Assembly: GCA_030390025.1 (NCBI GenBank) | Contig: CM059431.1 | Location: 107,448,001 to 107,512,000 of the forward strand | From: Squalus acanthias | Lineage: Eukaryota | Length of the DNA stretch: 64,000 nt | Direction of reading: 5' to 3' | Shown: piece by piece, positions 39,645 to 50,819 of the stretch | Position numbering within the stretch: the stretch's first letter is position 1 | Layout: each line of letters begins with the position of its first letter | The notes under the pieces: generated by a model | The model's input: only the letters and a program-made list of their open reading frames with translations | What the model was told of the DNA's origin: nothing | Databases searched by the model: none | Translations under genes and position numbers: made by a program

Positions 39645-40254
39645 TCAGTGTGAGTCACTGCCTTCAGAAGATATGGGGCAAAAGAAGAAAGTTGGAGATG
39701 AGAAGAACAGATCTTGTTTCTTTCATTTGCTACAGTGGGCACAATGAATACAATCTGTGCTTTAAGGGTTGATCATTTTAAACATGTCAATCAGTAAGTA
39801 TAAGAAATATAACATCAAGTCCCATCAGAAAACGTATTAGTTTCCGAGAACCAATTACATTTGTAACTCATTGTCTGGGATTGTGTCACAATGTGTGTCG
39901 GTTGTATAATGTTAAAAAAATAAGATATAATTAAAATACGCAAGATGTCTGAAATCTAGAATTGCGCATATACTCAATCCAATACAATCAATATTTGATA
40001 AAATAATAAGGTGCCAACTGTTGACATGAGATTGACATTTGGTTTTGCAATTGAAGTTAATAACCCTTGCTTAATGCAACTGATGTTTCTGAATTTTTAA
40101 TGTACTTTTGAAACATTGAAAATATGAGGTTACAGTTGCATGTGATTTTTAATAGAATTAATCAGAAACTATCTGAGAGATAAGTCGCTTCCAATTACTA
40201 AGGTTTTTTTTAAAAATGGTTATTTCTGTTCCTTTGGGATGCATCGCAGATTAT

Positions 40255-40977
40255 GGGTCAAATTTTGCTGTGGCAGGGCATCTAACGGTGTCTACTCTTA
40301 ATTAGACTTGCCCTTGCATGCTTAGGTTTTTTAATTTTTCACGTGGCAAGTTGCTGAGAGTGCGAGCTGATAACGGCACAGCGAGGGGAAACCGGACATC
40401 TGGGGCCTGAATGAACAGGGCAAGCAACTGTGTATCCCCTTCACCAATCAGATTGAAGGATTGTGAATTCACTGTCAAATCAGGTACAGAAAGAGAAATA
40501 AAGAGAGGGAAAGAAAGACTGGATTAAGAGAGAGAGAAAAAATAGGCAGAACGGAAAAGTAAAAGCAAACTTTAATTTAAAATTTTACATTTTACATTTT
40601 TAAAATCTCCAACAACAATTAATACCTGAAGGAATGAGACTCCACACTTGTAATAGTTAATTTTCAGTGCCAGAGAGGTTGACTGGCAGTAATTAACACT
40701 TATCACATAGTTAAACGGGTACTTAGACTGGACTGGACAAGACTTAACTTTGTGTGGCGAGTTTAGTTCGTATCTACCGCGCAAATACAGCAACTTCACG
40801 TCGTTCAATGCATTTCAGTGGTGAGGCAGACATCGTGATGCTGTTTTGGTGAAGCTAATAACGGAGTGGTGCATCTCGGACAGCAACATTGGGATTTCTG
40901 CATTTAACCGTGCATTGCGCAAAAGTAACGGCTAGCGCCATTAGCCTCACCGTTATTTTAACAGCAAAATCCAGGTC
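40255..40977. mobile_element. Harbinger-type MITE (same family as 59200-59948 and a partial inverted copy at 37056-37360)
   Basis: Termini gggtcaaattttgctgt...acagcaaaatccaggtc. Shared core tgaaggaatgagactccacacttgtaa. Confidence 0.75.
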
Positions 40978-42442
40978 AATGTTAGCCTTTTGAGTACTTC
41001 AGTATTATTTCAGAACTAAAAAGAAACTGCAACAAGTTTTTCCCTTTGTCTTCCTATTAGGAAATGTGCAATTTGGAAGCTGGAAAAATTCAAGGGGTTA
41101 AAGTCGCAATAATTTGGGGTTTATGATCCTTTCTTAAATCAAGAGAATTGTTTGCAAAAAAAAAAGTTAGCAAGAAAAAAGAATTAAAACTGTAGTGCAG
41201 GTTTTTTTTCTGGGTTGCAAACCAATGTGAGGTCAAAAAAAAGTAATTCCCGCTGTGCTTTCAGGAATCCCCCTGAGGCGGAAGGCTGTTTGTTAAAAGA
41301 AAGCCTCATTTCCTATTGGACATAGTTGGAATCCAATCCTCATCCTCAGCGAGGAAGGACTCCAACAGTGGGTTCAAATCTTATCAACAAGATTGGGCAC
41401 AACAAAGACATTTCCTTTGTTGAAACCTGTCCTTTAGCACTCAACAAGCCTCTCCTTACCAACAACAACAACAACAGATTGCATTTATATAGTGTCACTA
41501 ACATAGTAAAACATCCCAAGGTTCTTCACAGGAGCATTATCAAATGAAATTTGACACCGAGCCACATAAGGAGATCATAGGAAAGAGTAGGTTGTATAAA
41601 GGAAAAAAGAGAGGTCGAGAGGAGGAGAGTTTTAGGGAGGGGGAATTCCAGAGCTTAGGGCCTCGGCAGCTGAAGGCACGGCCGCCAATGGTGGAGCGAT
41701 TAAAATCAGGGATGTACAAGAGGCCAGAATTGGAGGAGCGCAGAGATCTCGGAGGGTTGTAGGGCTGGAAAAGGTTACTGGTACAGGGAGGGGCGAGGCC
41801 ATGGAGGGATTTGAAAACAAGGATGCGAATTTTGAAATCGAGGCGTTGCTTAACCGGGAGCCGATGTAGGTCGGCGAGCACAGGGGTGAACGGGACTTGG
41901 CGCTGATAATTGCCGCATTTCTCATCTAAACAGTGCCCGAATGCTTTTCTTTGAATATTCTTGCTTACCAGTTACTGCCAGTATTTGAAAACAGCTTCTA
42001 AAGTCACTGGGGGAATTTATTACCCATCCAGAGGAAAATCAATGGGTGCTATTATGATACCGTTTCTAAAACTGAATAATATACAAGGTTAAAGGCATGT
42101 TTTCACAATGACAGCTCTGAGCTACATTGTTTATACAGTGAAAGTATATTGTCATTGTGTGTTTAATATTTATTCAGTGCAGATTTTTTTTTGGGCACTT
42201 GTTGCCACAAAGGTAGAATTATATCCAACCCAGTCGAGGAGTGAGATATAACACGCCATTGCTATGGGGCTTTGTTCAGACTGTAGCAAGCCATTACACA
42301 AAGTAACAAGACCACTTTCATCTTTTAAATATTTGGATATGTTGTTTCTAACTCATTCATGTTTAATTAATCACAGAGGTTTATATTCAGCATTCCTTTT
42401 GTTCCAAGTGAGAAAATAATCACTATATTTTTTTGTCCTCAG

Positions 42443-42481
42443 GCCATTCGACTATGGATTGTACCGATCACTTCTCGCAAG
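42443..42481 (+). CDS. Candidate 39-nt host exon, gene unknown
   Basis: Acceptor ttttttttgtcctcAG, donor AAG/GTTTGT, open in all three frames. Confidence 0.25.
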
Positions 42482-42961
42482 GTTTGTATAATGTCTGTCC
42501 AATTTTAATTGCAATTGATTGAACATCCTACATTCATTACTGCTGTTTATTTAGCAAGAGATACAAATCTTTTAAATAATGATTTCAATGTTTAAATATA
42601 AAATGGCTTCCGTGCAGTTGTAAATTACATGGTGAAAATGATTTACTTCAACCTGAAATAATTTCTGTTTTTCAATTGATAAATGGCCTGCTTTCAATAA
42701 GTACATCAGCGAGGAAGTTTTTAACATAATTATCTTTGCTGATAATTATATTTGTTTTACTGTTATTGGAGCTCAGAAAGATTTTCTTATTATCATTAAT
42801 AAATAAAGTAAATGAGCCCATAGCACAGGACACTACTGAAGATGAAGATGAAAAGAAAGGCATGGTGAATCAAGGAAGAGTGATTAGTTGGAATTAAGCT
42901 TCAGTTTAAAAACTTTGAAGAAAAAATACAGAAGTGGGTAAGGCTAGTTTTAAGGTTCTGA

Positions 42962-43147
42962 GGGGCAATTTTAATCTAACCCACCCGTTGGGAAACTGAG
43001 GGGATCGGGTGGAATGCCGGTTTTACACCCCGCCCGATTTTATTCTCATTTGCAGTCAACGGAGAGCAATATTGGGTGGGGTGTAAAACCGGCGTTCCAC
43101 CCGATGCCGTGGATTTCCTGCCCGGCGTGTTAGGTTAAGATTGCCCC
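42962..43147. mobile_element. Fold-back (palindromic) MITE
   Basis: The two halves are reverse complements over almost the whole length (ggggcaattttaatctaac...gttaggttaagattgcccc; ccggttttacacccc...ggggtgtaaaaccgg). Confidence 0.8.
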
Positions 43148-44805
43148 CAATGAGTTTGAGTAGGTCATTGTGCCATGACTCTCCTTTTTAACACAATGAA
43201 GATGTAGGAAAGTGGAAGAGTGCATAGGATGGCATATTCTGAGCATAAAAGGACAAGAAAGGCAAGTTCAGAGTGTTGGATAAGTCCTTCCTTACCCTTT
43301 AAACAGACAGTAACATGTTTGATAATTCACTCCATTTATTACCGACAAATCATTAATCCTAAACACCCTCACCAACAAAACATTAATGTGAAACACTCTA
43401 ACCAACCATACAGAAGAGCGTATGTTAGCCCTGCGTCCAAAACTGACTGTGCGTAGATTTAATGAGAAATCGTGAAGGTGGCATCTCCAAGCCTCCCAGG
43501 GTTCCCTTCCTTCTTTCTTTCCTCTCTGTCTTCTCTAACTAAGTAAAACATGGCATCTACCTTATACTGTTTTGGTTTATGGTTCTGTTCCTGCCGAGTG
43601 CAACCCTTACCTCATGTTTTACAACCACCCATTTGTTTCAAATAGTTTACCAAACAGAGATGAGAGGCCTCATACCTACCGTTTTCACACCAAAGTGTTA
43701 CCTCTTATTTATTGCACCCCCCCACCAACAAATCATTTTCTGAAGTAAACAATCCCTACGTAAACTTGAGGTCATCCAAAACTCGGCTGCCTGTGTCCTA
43801 TCTCGCACCAAGTCCCGTTCACCCATCTCCCCTATGCTCACTGACCTACATTGGTTCCCGGTTAAGCAGCGCCTCGATTTAAAAATTCTCATCCTTGTTT
43901 TCAAATCCCTCCATGGCCTCGCCCCTCCCTATCTCTGTAATCTCCTCCAGCCCCACAACCCCCCACCCCGACATACCTGCGCTCCTCTAATCCTGCCTTC
44001 TTGAGCATCCCTGATTATAATCGCTCAACCTTTGGTGGCTGTGCCTTCTGTTGCCTCGGCCCTAAGCTCTGGAATCCCCTGACTAAACCTCTCCGCCTCG
44101 CTACCTCTCTTTCCTCCTTTAAGACACTCCTTAAAACCCACCTCTTTGACCAAGCCCTGCCCTAATTTATCCTTATGTGGCTCGGTTTCAAATGTTTTGT
44201 CTTACAGCACTCCTGTGCAGCGCCTTGGAACGTTTTACTATGTTAAAGGTGCTATATAAATACAAGTTGTTGTTGTTTTTGTTGTTGTAAACAATCCGCT
44301 AATGTATGCACTCATGGCACCCCCTGCTGTGGATAAAAGTCTGTGGGCTGGATTTTCATAGGGCCGTGGAGGCGGGTTTGGAGGCGTGTGGGGGGTTAAA
44401 ATTGCGAAATGTGGCGGGCGGACCTGATCCCGCCTCCATTCCGCCTCCACGCAATTTTAATAAAATCGTGTGCGGTGTTCCCGACTCCGTCCTGCCTCCA
44501 AGAGGCGGGAGAGGCCATTAAAGCCCTTAACAAGCCCTAAATTGGCTCTGTAATGCCATTTTGAAACGATTTAGCTAGTTTAACCCTTTTCTGACGTGAA
44601 GCACGCCTGATGTGAAACACGCCAGTGAAACCTGGTGGGAGCACAAGTGGATAGCTGACTATCAGCTGCAGGTCCACTATTACAACAGAGATGTGATGAA
44701 GGTAATAGTAGTATTAGGTCTGAAAGTCACCTCTGATGCTACTGCATTGAATGTCTTCAGAGACTGCCTGGCCTTTGCTGTGAGAGGACCTGGATGTAAA
44801 AAAAA

Positions 44806-44841
<36 letters not shown>

Positions 44842-44918
44842 CTCGCTCTGCTCATTTTGCATCCAGGTCCTCTCACAGCAAAGGCCATGCAGTCTCTGAG
44901 ACCAGGCAGTCTCTGACC

Positions 44919-46603
44919 TGTAAGGGTTTGCGTGCGTGTCTCTCAGCCTGTGAGATTCGCGCGGCTCTGTGCAGCCTGTATGTCAGTGCGGGTTTAGGCC
45001 TTGTTGCCTGTTCTGGTCTCCAGCCAGTCTGGGAGCACTAGACACACCTGTGAGTGGTTCGAATCACTCGCCCTTACGGTTCTAGACACTGGACTTAGAT
45101 GCGAGAGCAGTAATGGAAATGAAACTCATGTAGACTCGGTTGAATGGTACGAAATGGAAAATCTTTATTGCATAATATTCAAGATTACGAAATACATGTC
45201 ATAAGCACAGATTAATGACAGTACAATCTTACACGCAGTTATGTAACTAATTCTAGGGAAACGAGGAACGAACGACACACCGTAAATGGGGGCACACATT
45301 ACAATTATCCTTAGTACTTAAACCCTCCCTTATCAATATCTGTCCTAGCTAGATTCGTAGGATTCGAGACTCATGCTCACCACTCGTGATAACTCGGAGA
45401 AATTCCGAATAGCTGATCGGATGTTTTCACCGCAGCACCCACGTGTCGATCAGGGGGGTCTCCTGGCCCCACTTGTTTACTTGCTTCTGCTCCGGCTAGC
45501 AGGCTGGAACGTCTGTTGTTATGAAGATCTGTGTTGGTGGCTTTCACGTACCAGTCAACACTTAAGAGAATAATCTCTCGGTGTCCGTCATGAGGATCTG
45601 CCCTGATGGGTTTCACAGATCAGTCAATATCTCAAAGAAGAATCTTCCGGGATCCGTTCTTTAAAGTTCAAAGAAGTCTTCCTGGCAAGGAGAAATGTCT
45701 ATTCGACCTACAGGCGCGGTCGGGGCTTACTGACCGTGGCGATAAGTATGGTCTTCGTCTCTTCTCATCTCATCTCATCTCTTCTCGGGCCTTTGGTTCC
45801 GATGCCGGTTACCAACACAGGTCTTCGTGACACGACACGAGGTAGATCCGAACGGATCACAAAGTTCAACAGTCTTTTAAAAGAGACACCAGGCAAACAG
45901 GAACAAGACGGCGAGTCAAGAACACAGGAGCAGCCACGAGGATGAACACCAGCAAGATAAGAGGATAAGAGAAAGATGGACGGTTTGGGGTTTGCAATTA
46001 TAGTGCAAAATCTTCCGTTTCCCGCCCAACCTTAATGTCTTTTCTTTTGTTTGGGTTTGGCGCTCAAATGTCTTGCATAGGTGATCTCCGTTTTTAATGG
46101 GTTTCGGGGCTACTCGTAAATGTCTGAGTACCTGTTAATTTTTCTCCCATTGTTCAATCGGTCGGTGTCCTCCCTGGAGGGGTTTTGGGGCCTCCAAGTG
46201 TTTTCTGTAACTACCCGCTAACGGCTCTCTCATCGTAGAGTTGTTGGGATTTTACATATTAATGTCTTTGGATGTGCCCTTGATTACTTGGTACAATAGC
46301 CTTTATTCGTACCCGGGAGACCGATTTCAGTATCTATGTGTATACTGCAAACCCATGATGTCTCGTGTATTATCTTCAATGTGCTGAATCTTAATCGGTC
46401 TTGTACAAATGTTTATTGGAACGCCATCTTGTCTGCCTGTCGAAAAGTCCAGAATGTTCCGCCACGAGGTGCGGCGGCCATTTTACAAGCTGCCTGTGTC
46501 CACTTTGAAACCTGACAGCATTCTGCTGAAATAAAAGCTGTTTGAACGAAACTCTGTGTTTTTCTCCTTATTAATAAAATCGCGATATATTGCGAATTCT
46601 ACA
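44919..46603 (-). repeat. 3' LTR (1685 bp)
   Basis: Direct repeat of 52630-54314 with about 11 substitutions and no indel by manual comparison. Confidence 0.97.
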
Positions 46604-46612
46604 GTCCCTCCT
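46604..46612 (-). promoter_or_regulatory. Polypurine tract
   Basis: Minus strand AGGAGGGAC immediately before the TG of the 3' LTR. Confidence 0.75.
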
Positions 46613-47052
46613 GTTGATGCGAATAACTCCGCTTATCGTATCAAAAATATTGTGGTGAGCAATTTTATCTCGATTTTCTTCGAATCCAGAAAATTAATCC
46701 CATAATTTAACCTAGCTAGGGTCTTTGTGTCATCCTTATTTCCCAAGAAAATTACATTTTATAGCACCGTAGGCATTATTTGCCTTTAAACTTACACCAC
46801 TTGTTTTCCTTCCAGGCGTAACCAGGCCGATGCCTCTCGTATTACCTGTATATTCACATTTTTTTATTCAGGGAAAGGAAAAACAAAACCCAAAACCAAA
46901 CAATCATTTTTAACTACAACACCATCACCAAATAATCAACACCAACTCTTAAAACATGTCGAGCTCCCAACGTATTTACAGTCTTTGAAAATCATGATCG
47001 AGTACAAACTTCCGCGGCGCACGTGGCGAGCGGGAGTGACGCCATTTTCCGA

Positions 47053-49404
47053 TCACACGGTGCTTTCATCGTGCACGCGCACGTAACGTTCTCGCCACTC
47101 TCCCGTGTTTTCATGCTTGGTGAGGCGTTTGTCTCTTTTACAATGTACGACCAATAGGTACACTACAATAAAAACTTGGCATACGACTAAAATGTGGGAG
47201 GCTATCCTGATCCATGAAGGTACTTCAATATTGGTGAACAGATTCCACCACGGTGGAATTACTATATCCAGAATGTCTGTCCCTATCTCGACAGTTTTCT
47301 GCTCTAGTGTGGAGAAATGTTTTTGTGACACCGTGACGGCTTTTAAAAGCTTGGTGAGGTGTTCAGGGAGAGGGGGAATGAGGTATCCGAAATGCGCGAC
47401 GAATCGCTGCAAGTCGGTGAAATTCTCTTTTACTGTGAGATGAACAGTGGATGGTTCAGGGATTGGGACAATTCGCTGTTGTGCTACTTGAACTTCCGCC
47501 CTGGGTTTGAAACAGAAACTGCTGTCACTCACCGGACACCGGCTACGGTTTCCATGCTGGTAGTGTTGCGCTGCAGTGGTAACACAATATGTTCCACCCC
47601 CGATGTATGCTACCTGCGGAGGCACATGATCTTGTGCCATTGCCTCCATGGTGCAATTCATGGACTTGGCGCCAGCCGTTCTGAACCCGCACTGTGGTGT
47701 TAAAAAGGCATTCAAGTGCTGGGGGCACAGTATTATGTGTGCTCCCCTGCCACGACAACCAGAGAGATCTGTACCTGTCATCATTTGCTCCCAGCGGATG
47801 ACGTAGGGTGGAACCGCTGCATAGCGAATGTGGGCTCCCCCCTGAATGACACCAATGTTCTCTACCCGATACACCGGGGCGGGCTTTGCTGTGTCGCCCA
47901 AAACCGGCATACGTAATACTATTCCCATGATAGTATGGTTTGATCGTCCGCAGTCCACGGGGACTGGGTAAGCTTCTGAAGCTAGCCTGAGCTGGCACGG
48001 GCTTAATGCGTTCTGAAAAGGGTGGAGCGCCCGCAGGTGTTTGTTACTTATCCAGGACGGGACCAGACCTTGTTTTAAATCCTCCAAATTACTGCGGCCC
48101 TCGCCCAGTAACCACGCCCCGTAAAGCACGCACACCTCGTTCTGCGCAGCTTGATCGGATGCATTCCGATCTTCCCTAATCAGGGCATTTACCGTCTTTG
48201 CATGTTTCTCTAACTCTGCTATAATTTCCTTTAAATGGAGAGTCATGGCTTGGTCCTCGTGTAAACCCGACCCAACCACTTTATTTTCATCTGTTAGAAT
48301 GTCTTTTAATTGTGTCTTTAAACCATTAATCTGGGTCTGCAGCTCCACACTGTCTAGAGCGTTGACCACAGATGTACCCGTGTTAAAAGCAGTGAACGCG
48401 TCGTTCACTACACCCCTTCTTTGCCTCCCTACTTGATCCAAAACTTCCTGTGGTGCGGTGTACAAACTTGTTTTATCAATTTCCGCGAAATCGAATTCGT
48501 AAAATTGTCTGAACATCTTGGTCAACAGGACCTGATATAACTGTTCCGTCTTTTTGGGGCACCACTCTGGTAACCGCACCTCGGTGAGATTTAAAATCAC
48601 CGAGGCCACCGCGTAATGTACTCCCTGAAATAGTATCTGGTCTGTGGGGACCAGTACCAAACCATTCCCGGGTCCCTTACTAGTTTTAGGGCACCCTTCT
48701 TCCTTAGCTAGAACCACCGGAATCGTGGGCGGGGCTTTGCGTGGGCGCGTAATGAGTTCAGTGGCATTTACCGGGATCGAAGAGTATGGGGCTCCGCACC
48801 CCCTGGTGCTCGCATCCCACCTCATCCCCTGTCCGTTATCCTGCCATTGATTAATGAAAAATATGGAGATGCCTTTGGGGCAAGCGTACTTTGACCCCCA
48901 CATGCATACATAAATTCCCTCATCCGGTTCCCACCATTTGTCCCAACAGACTCTCACTTGTCCGTTTGTCCCCGTAATTGTCCGATGGGTATTATTACCC
49001 AGTCGTTCCCACTCGACCGAAGAGTTCCTCATAGTTTTGCTCAGCTTTCGCAGCCACCACCATCGGCTCAATGGGACATTCCCATTACAAGTCAAACAAA
49101 TCCGTTTGCCGACGGTGACGCTGATCCTGGGTGCGATGATCCTTACTTTGGGGCACATTAAAGAAGTCTCTTGGTAGGCAAACCCCGATGTGCTGGAATA
49201 CTCAGTCGAGTTCGTTCCCAGCCATCCTGGCCACCTTCCCTTGTGGAAATAGGTGGTGGTCTCCTCAGCCTCCCGCCTTCCGGTCCCATCCACCGCGATG
49301 GGGGCCGTGTCCCCGGAGCATCCGAACACCACGACATCCTTGGTGCGGCCTCGATAGGCCAATCTGCATCCGATTGCCGCGAGCAATACTAGAATTCGTT
49401 CCAT
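47053..49404 (-). CDS. env: Envelope glycoprotein, class I fusion type (783 aa from the likely start; the open frame extends to 49563)
   Basis: Hydrophobic N-terminus MERILVLLAAIG, Ig-like segment, furin site RQRR (48415-48426), fusion peptide GVVNDAFTAFNTGTSVVNAL, heptad repeats, Cys-rich region, PPWWNLF, TM helix, tail with YVRV, several N-x-S/T sites. Confidence 0.88.
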   Translation of the reverse strand: MERILVLLAAIGCRLAYRGRTKDVVVFGCSGDTAPIAVDGTGRREAEETTTYFHKGRWPGWLGTNSTEYSSTSGFAYQETSLMCPKVRIIAPRISVTVGKRICLTCNGNVPLSRWWWLRKLSKTMRNSSVEWERLGNNTHRTITGTNGQVRVCWDKWWEPDEGIYVCMWGSKYACPKGISIFFINQWQDNGQGMRWDASTRGCGAPYSSIPVNATELITRPRKAPPTIPVVLAKEEGCPKTSKGPGNGLVLVPTDQILFQGVHYAVASVILNLTEVRLPEWCPKKTEQLYQVLLTKMFRQFYEFDFAEIDKTSLYTAPQEVLDQVGRQRRGVVNDAFTAFNTGTSVVNALDSVELQTQINGLKTQLKDILTDENKVVGSGLHEDQAMTLHLKEIIAELEKHAKTVNALIREDRNASDQAAQNEVCVLYGAWLLGEGRSNLEDLKQGLVPSWISNKHLRALHPFQNALSPCQLRLASEAYPVPVDCGRSNHTIMGIVLRMPVLGDTAKPAPVYRVENIGVIQGGAHIRYAAVPPYVIRWEQMMTGTDLSGCRGRGAHIILCPQHLNAFLTPQCGFRTAGAKSMNCTMEAMAQDHVPPQVAYIGGGTYCVTTAAQHYQHGNRSRCPVSDSSFCFKPRAEVQVAQQRIVPIPEPSTVHLTVKENFTDLQRFVAHFGYLIPPLPEHLTKLLKAVTVSQKHFSTLEQKTVEIGTDILDIVIPPWWNLFTNIEVPSWIRIASHILVVCQVFIVVYLLVVHCKRDKRLTKHENTGEWRERYVRVHDESTV

Positions 49405-49700
49405 CCTTCCTTGGTTCCTGTGATCAGATAGAATGAGGTAGCCAGCCTCGCAAGAGTCTCTGGCTTTTGTGAAGGGTGAGCGGGTCCCCTGACCTCGCCT
49501 CACGTAAACTTCAATGTTCACTAAATAAACTTTAACTAGACCTATCTCTAAAGCTCCCATCATTTTACCGTTTTCTGTTAAAATTAAACTACAAAGTTAA
49601 CCTTATTTAAAACTATAAACTTATAACCTTAAACTATAAACTTAGAAACCTATCCTAAACTTATTACTGTACAGCGCCGCCCGTACTCAGGGCGGCCCCT

Positions 49701-50816
49701 TTAAATTCTGAGAAGGCTGCTGCGAGCTCTTCCCGACGGTGGGAGGGCACTGACCCTTTCCTTTGATCTGCCGCAGCCTGTTGCTGTTGCAATGGGACCG
49801 GATCCTATCTGGGCTGCCTTAACCTTAAGTCTGCGCCTTGGGGCAGTCTGGGGACATGACCACATCTTCCTGGGCTGGGGTGCCCGACCTGACCTACGAG
49901 GAGTTGTCGGGGGCATGAACCCCAGGACCGACGGACCGGGTTCCGAGACTTCCACCGGGACGACCTGTGGTTCCACCACAGTCGCTGGCTCCGCCTCCGC
50001 TGACTCCGCCTCCCTAACCTCGGGACTTGCAGCTTGTGGCTCCGCCCTGCTCGGCCCAGCAGGCGGCCCTTCACTCGCGATCCCTGCCTCCCCCGAGGGC
50101 GGGACGTTCAAAGCGGGCGGCTCGGGCTCGGAGGTTCTCACCGTCACTCCCTGTGGTCTCACAGCGGCTGGCTCCGCCTCCCCTAGCTCCTCCCTCCTGT
50201 GTTCGGGACCTGCAGCCTCTGTGTCCACCCTGTGCGGATCTCCATCTGCAGCCCGTGTCCTCCCTATACCTAAAATGGGGGCGACCCTTTCGTTCCCCAA
50301 ATCCCCCTCGTCTTCATCACTATCCTCATCTGACTCGAGTTCCCGGAATTCTCCCTCATCTGACTCCCAACCCCACAAAAATGCTTCATGACTTTCCAGG
50401 ATGTCTCCTCCCCTGATGCAAGCTGCTTTGCCTGCCTGTGTGCCTTGTGGTCCTACCTGGGGCTGCGAGTCCCCACTCGCAGGTTTTTCCCCTGTGCTTT
50501 TCCCTTGCGCACCTGGCTTGTACAGTTTGCACTGGTTTACATCCTCATACTCCCGGCTTTTGGCTACCCTGTAGGCTGCTTTTATCTCACTAAGCTGCGC
50601 TTCTAGCCTGAGCACGTCTAACTTTCCCATTGATCGGGCGTTCTCCTCCCGCAGGGCCTGCTCTCTAAGCTGCCCTTCCAGCCCATCTATTTTCCCTATT
50701 AAGCGGGCGTTCTCCTCCCGCAAGGCCTGCTCTTTTAACCTGGCCTCCTCACCGCAGACCCCCTCCTGTGCGTGTCTTTTAAAAGGACACAGGTAGGCAG
50801 GCTGCGTGGGCTCTAG
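49701..50816 (-). CDS. ORF2: 371-codon in-frame extension after the gag UGA (coiled coil, acidic/Pro-rich region, basic tail), not Pol
   Basis: The frame is open from 50816 to 49704 and in phase with gag. No ATG near its start. No enzymatic motif. Confidence 0.7.
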   Translation of the reverse strand, partial: LEPTQPAYLCPFKRHAQEGVCGEEARLKEQALREENARLIGKIDGLEGQLREQALREENARSMGKLDVLRLEAQLSEIKAAYRVAKSREYEDVNQCKLYKPGAQGKSTGEKPASGDSQPQVGPQGTQAGKAACIRGGDILESHEAFLWGWESDEGEFRELESDEDSDEDEGDLGNERVAPILGIGRTRAADGDPHRVDTEAAGPEHRREELGEAEPAAVRPQGVTVRTSEPEPPALNVPPSGEAGIASEGPPAGPSRAEPQAASPEVREAESAEAEPATVVEPQVVPVEVSEPGPSVLGFMPPTTPRRSGRAPQPRKMWSCPQTAPRRRLKVKAAQIGSGPIATATGCGRSKERVSALPPSGRARSSLLRI

Positions 50817-50819
50817 TCA
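50750..50819 (-). promoter_or_regulatory. Stop-codon readthrough signal: UGA-CUAG plus 3' stem-loop
   Basis: CAA-TGA-CTA-G. Eight nt after the stop, CAC-GCAG-..-CCT-A-CCTGTG can pair with CACAGG-AGG-..-CTGC-G-GTG. Confidence 0.75.

Noticed and set aside
45001..45945. Short ORFs within the LTRs (also 52712-53656) as accessory genes
   Set aside because: 66-79 aa, on both strands, no motifs. They recur only because the LTR is duplicated.
47040..47049. GAAAATGGCG after env, identical to the LTR/PBS junction, as a second PBS
   Set aside because: The match to tRNA ends after TGGCG. It fits a YY1-like CGCCATTTT motif or chance equally well.
49405..49563. First 53 codons of the 836-aa env ORF as real coding sequence
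   Set aside because: They precede a splice-acceptor-like site and a better Kozak Met followed by a hydrophobic stretch. A foamy-like leader peptide cannot be excluded.
49701..50723. ORF2 as a degenerate pol
   Set aside because: No D(T/S)G, YxDD, RNase H or HHCC/DDE motifs. Only the first ~10 codons after the stop and the basic tail could be pol relics.
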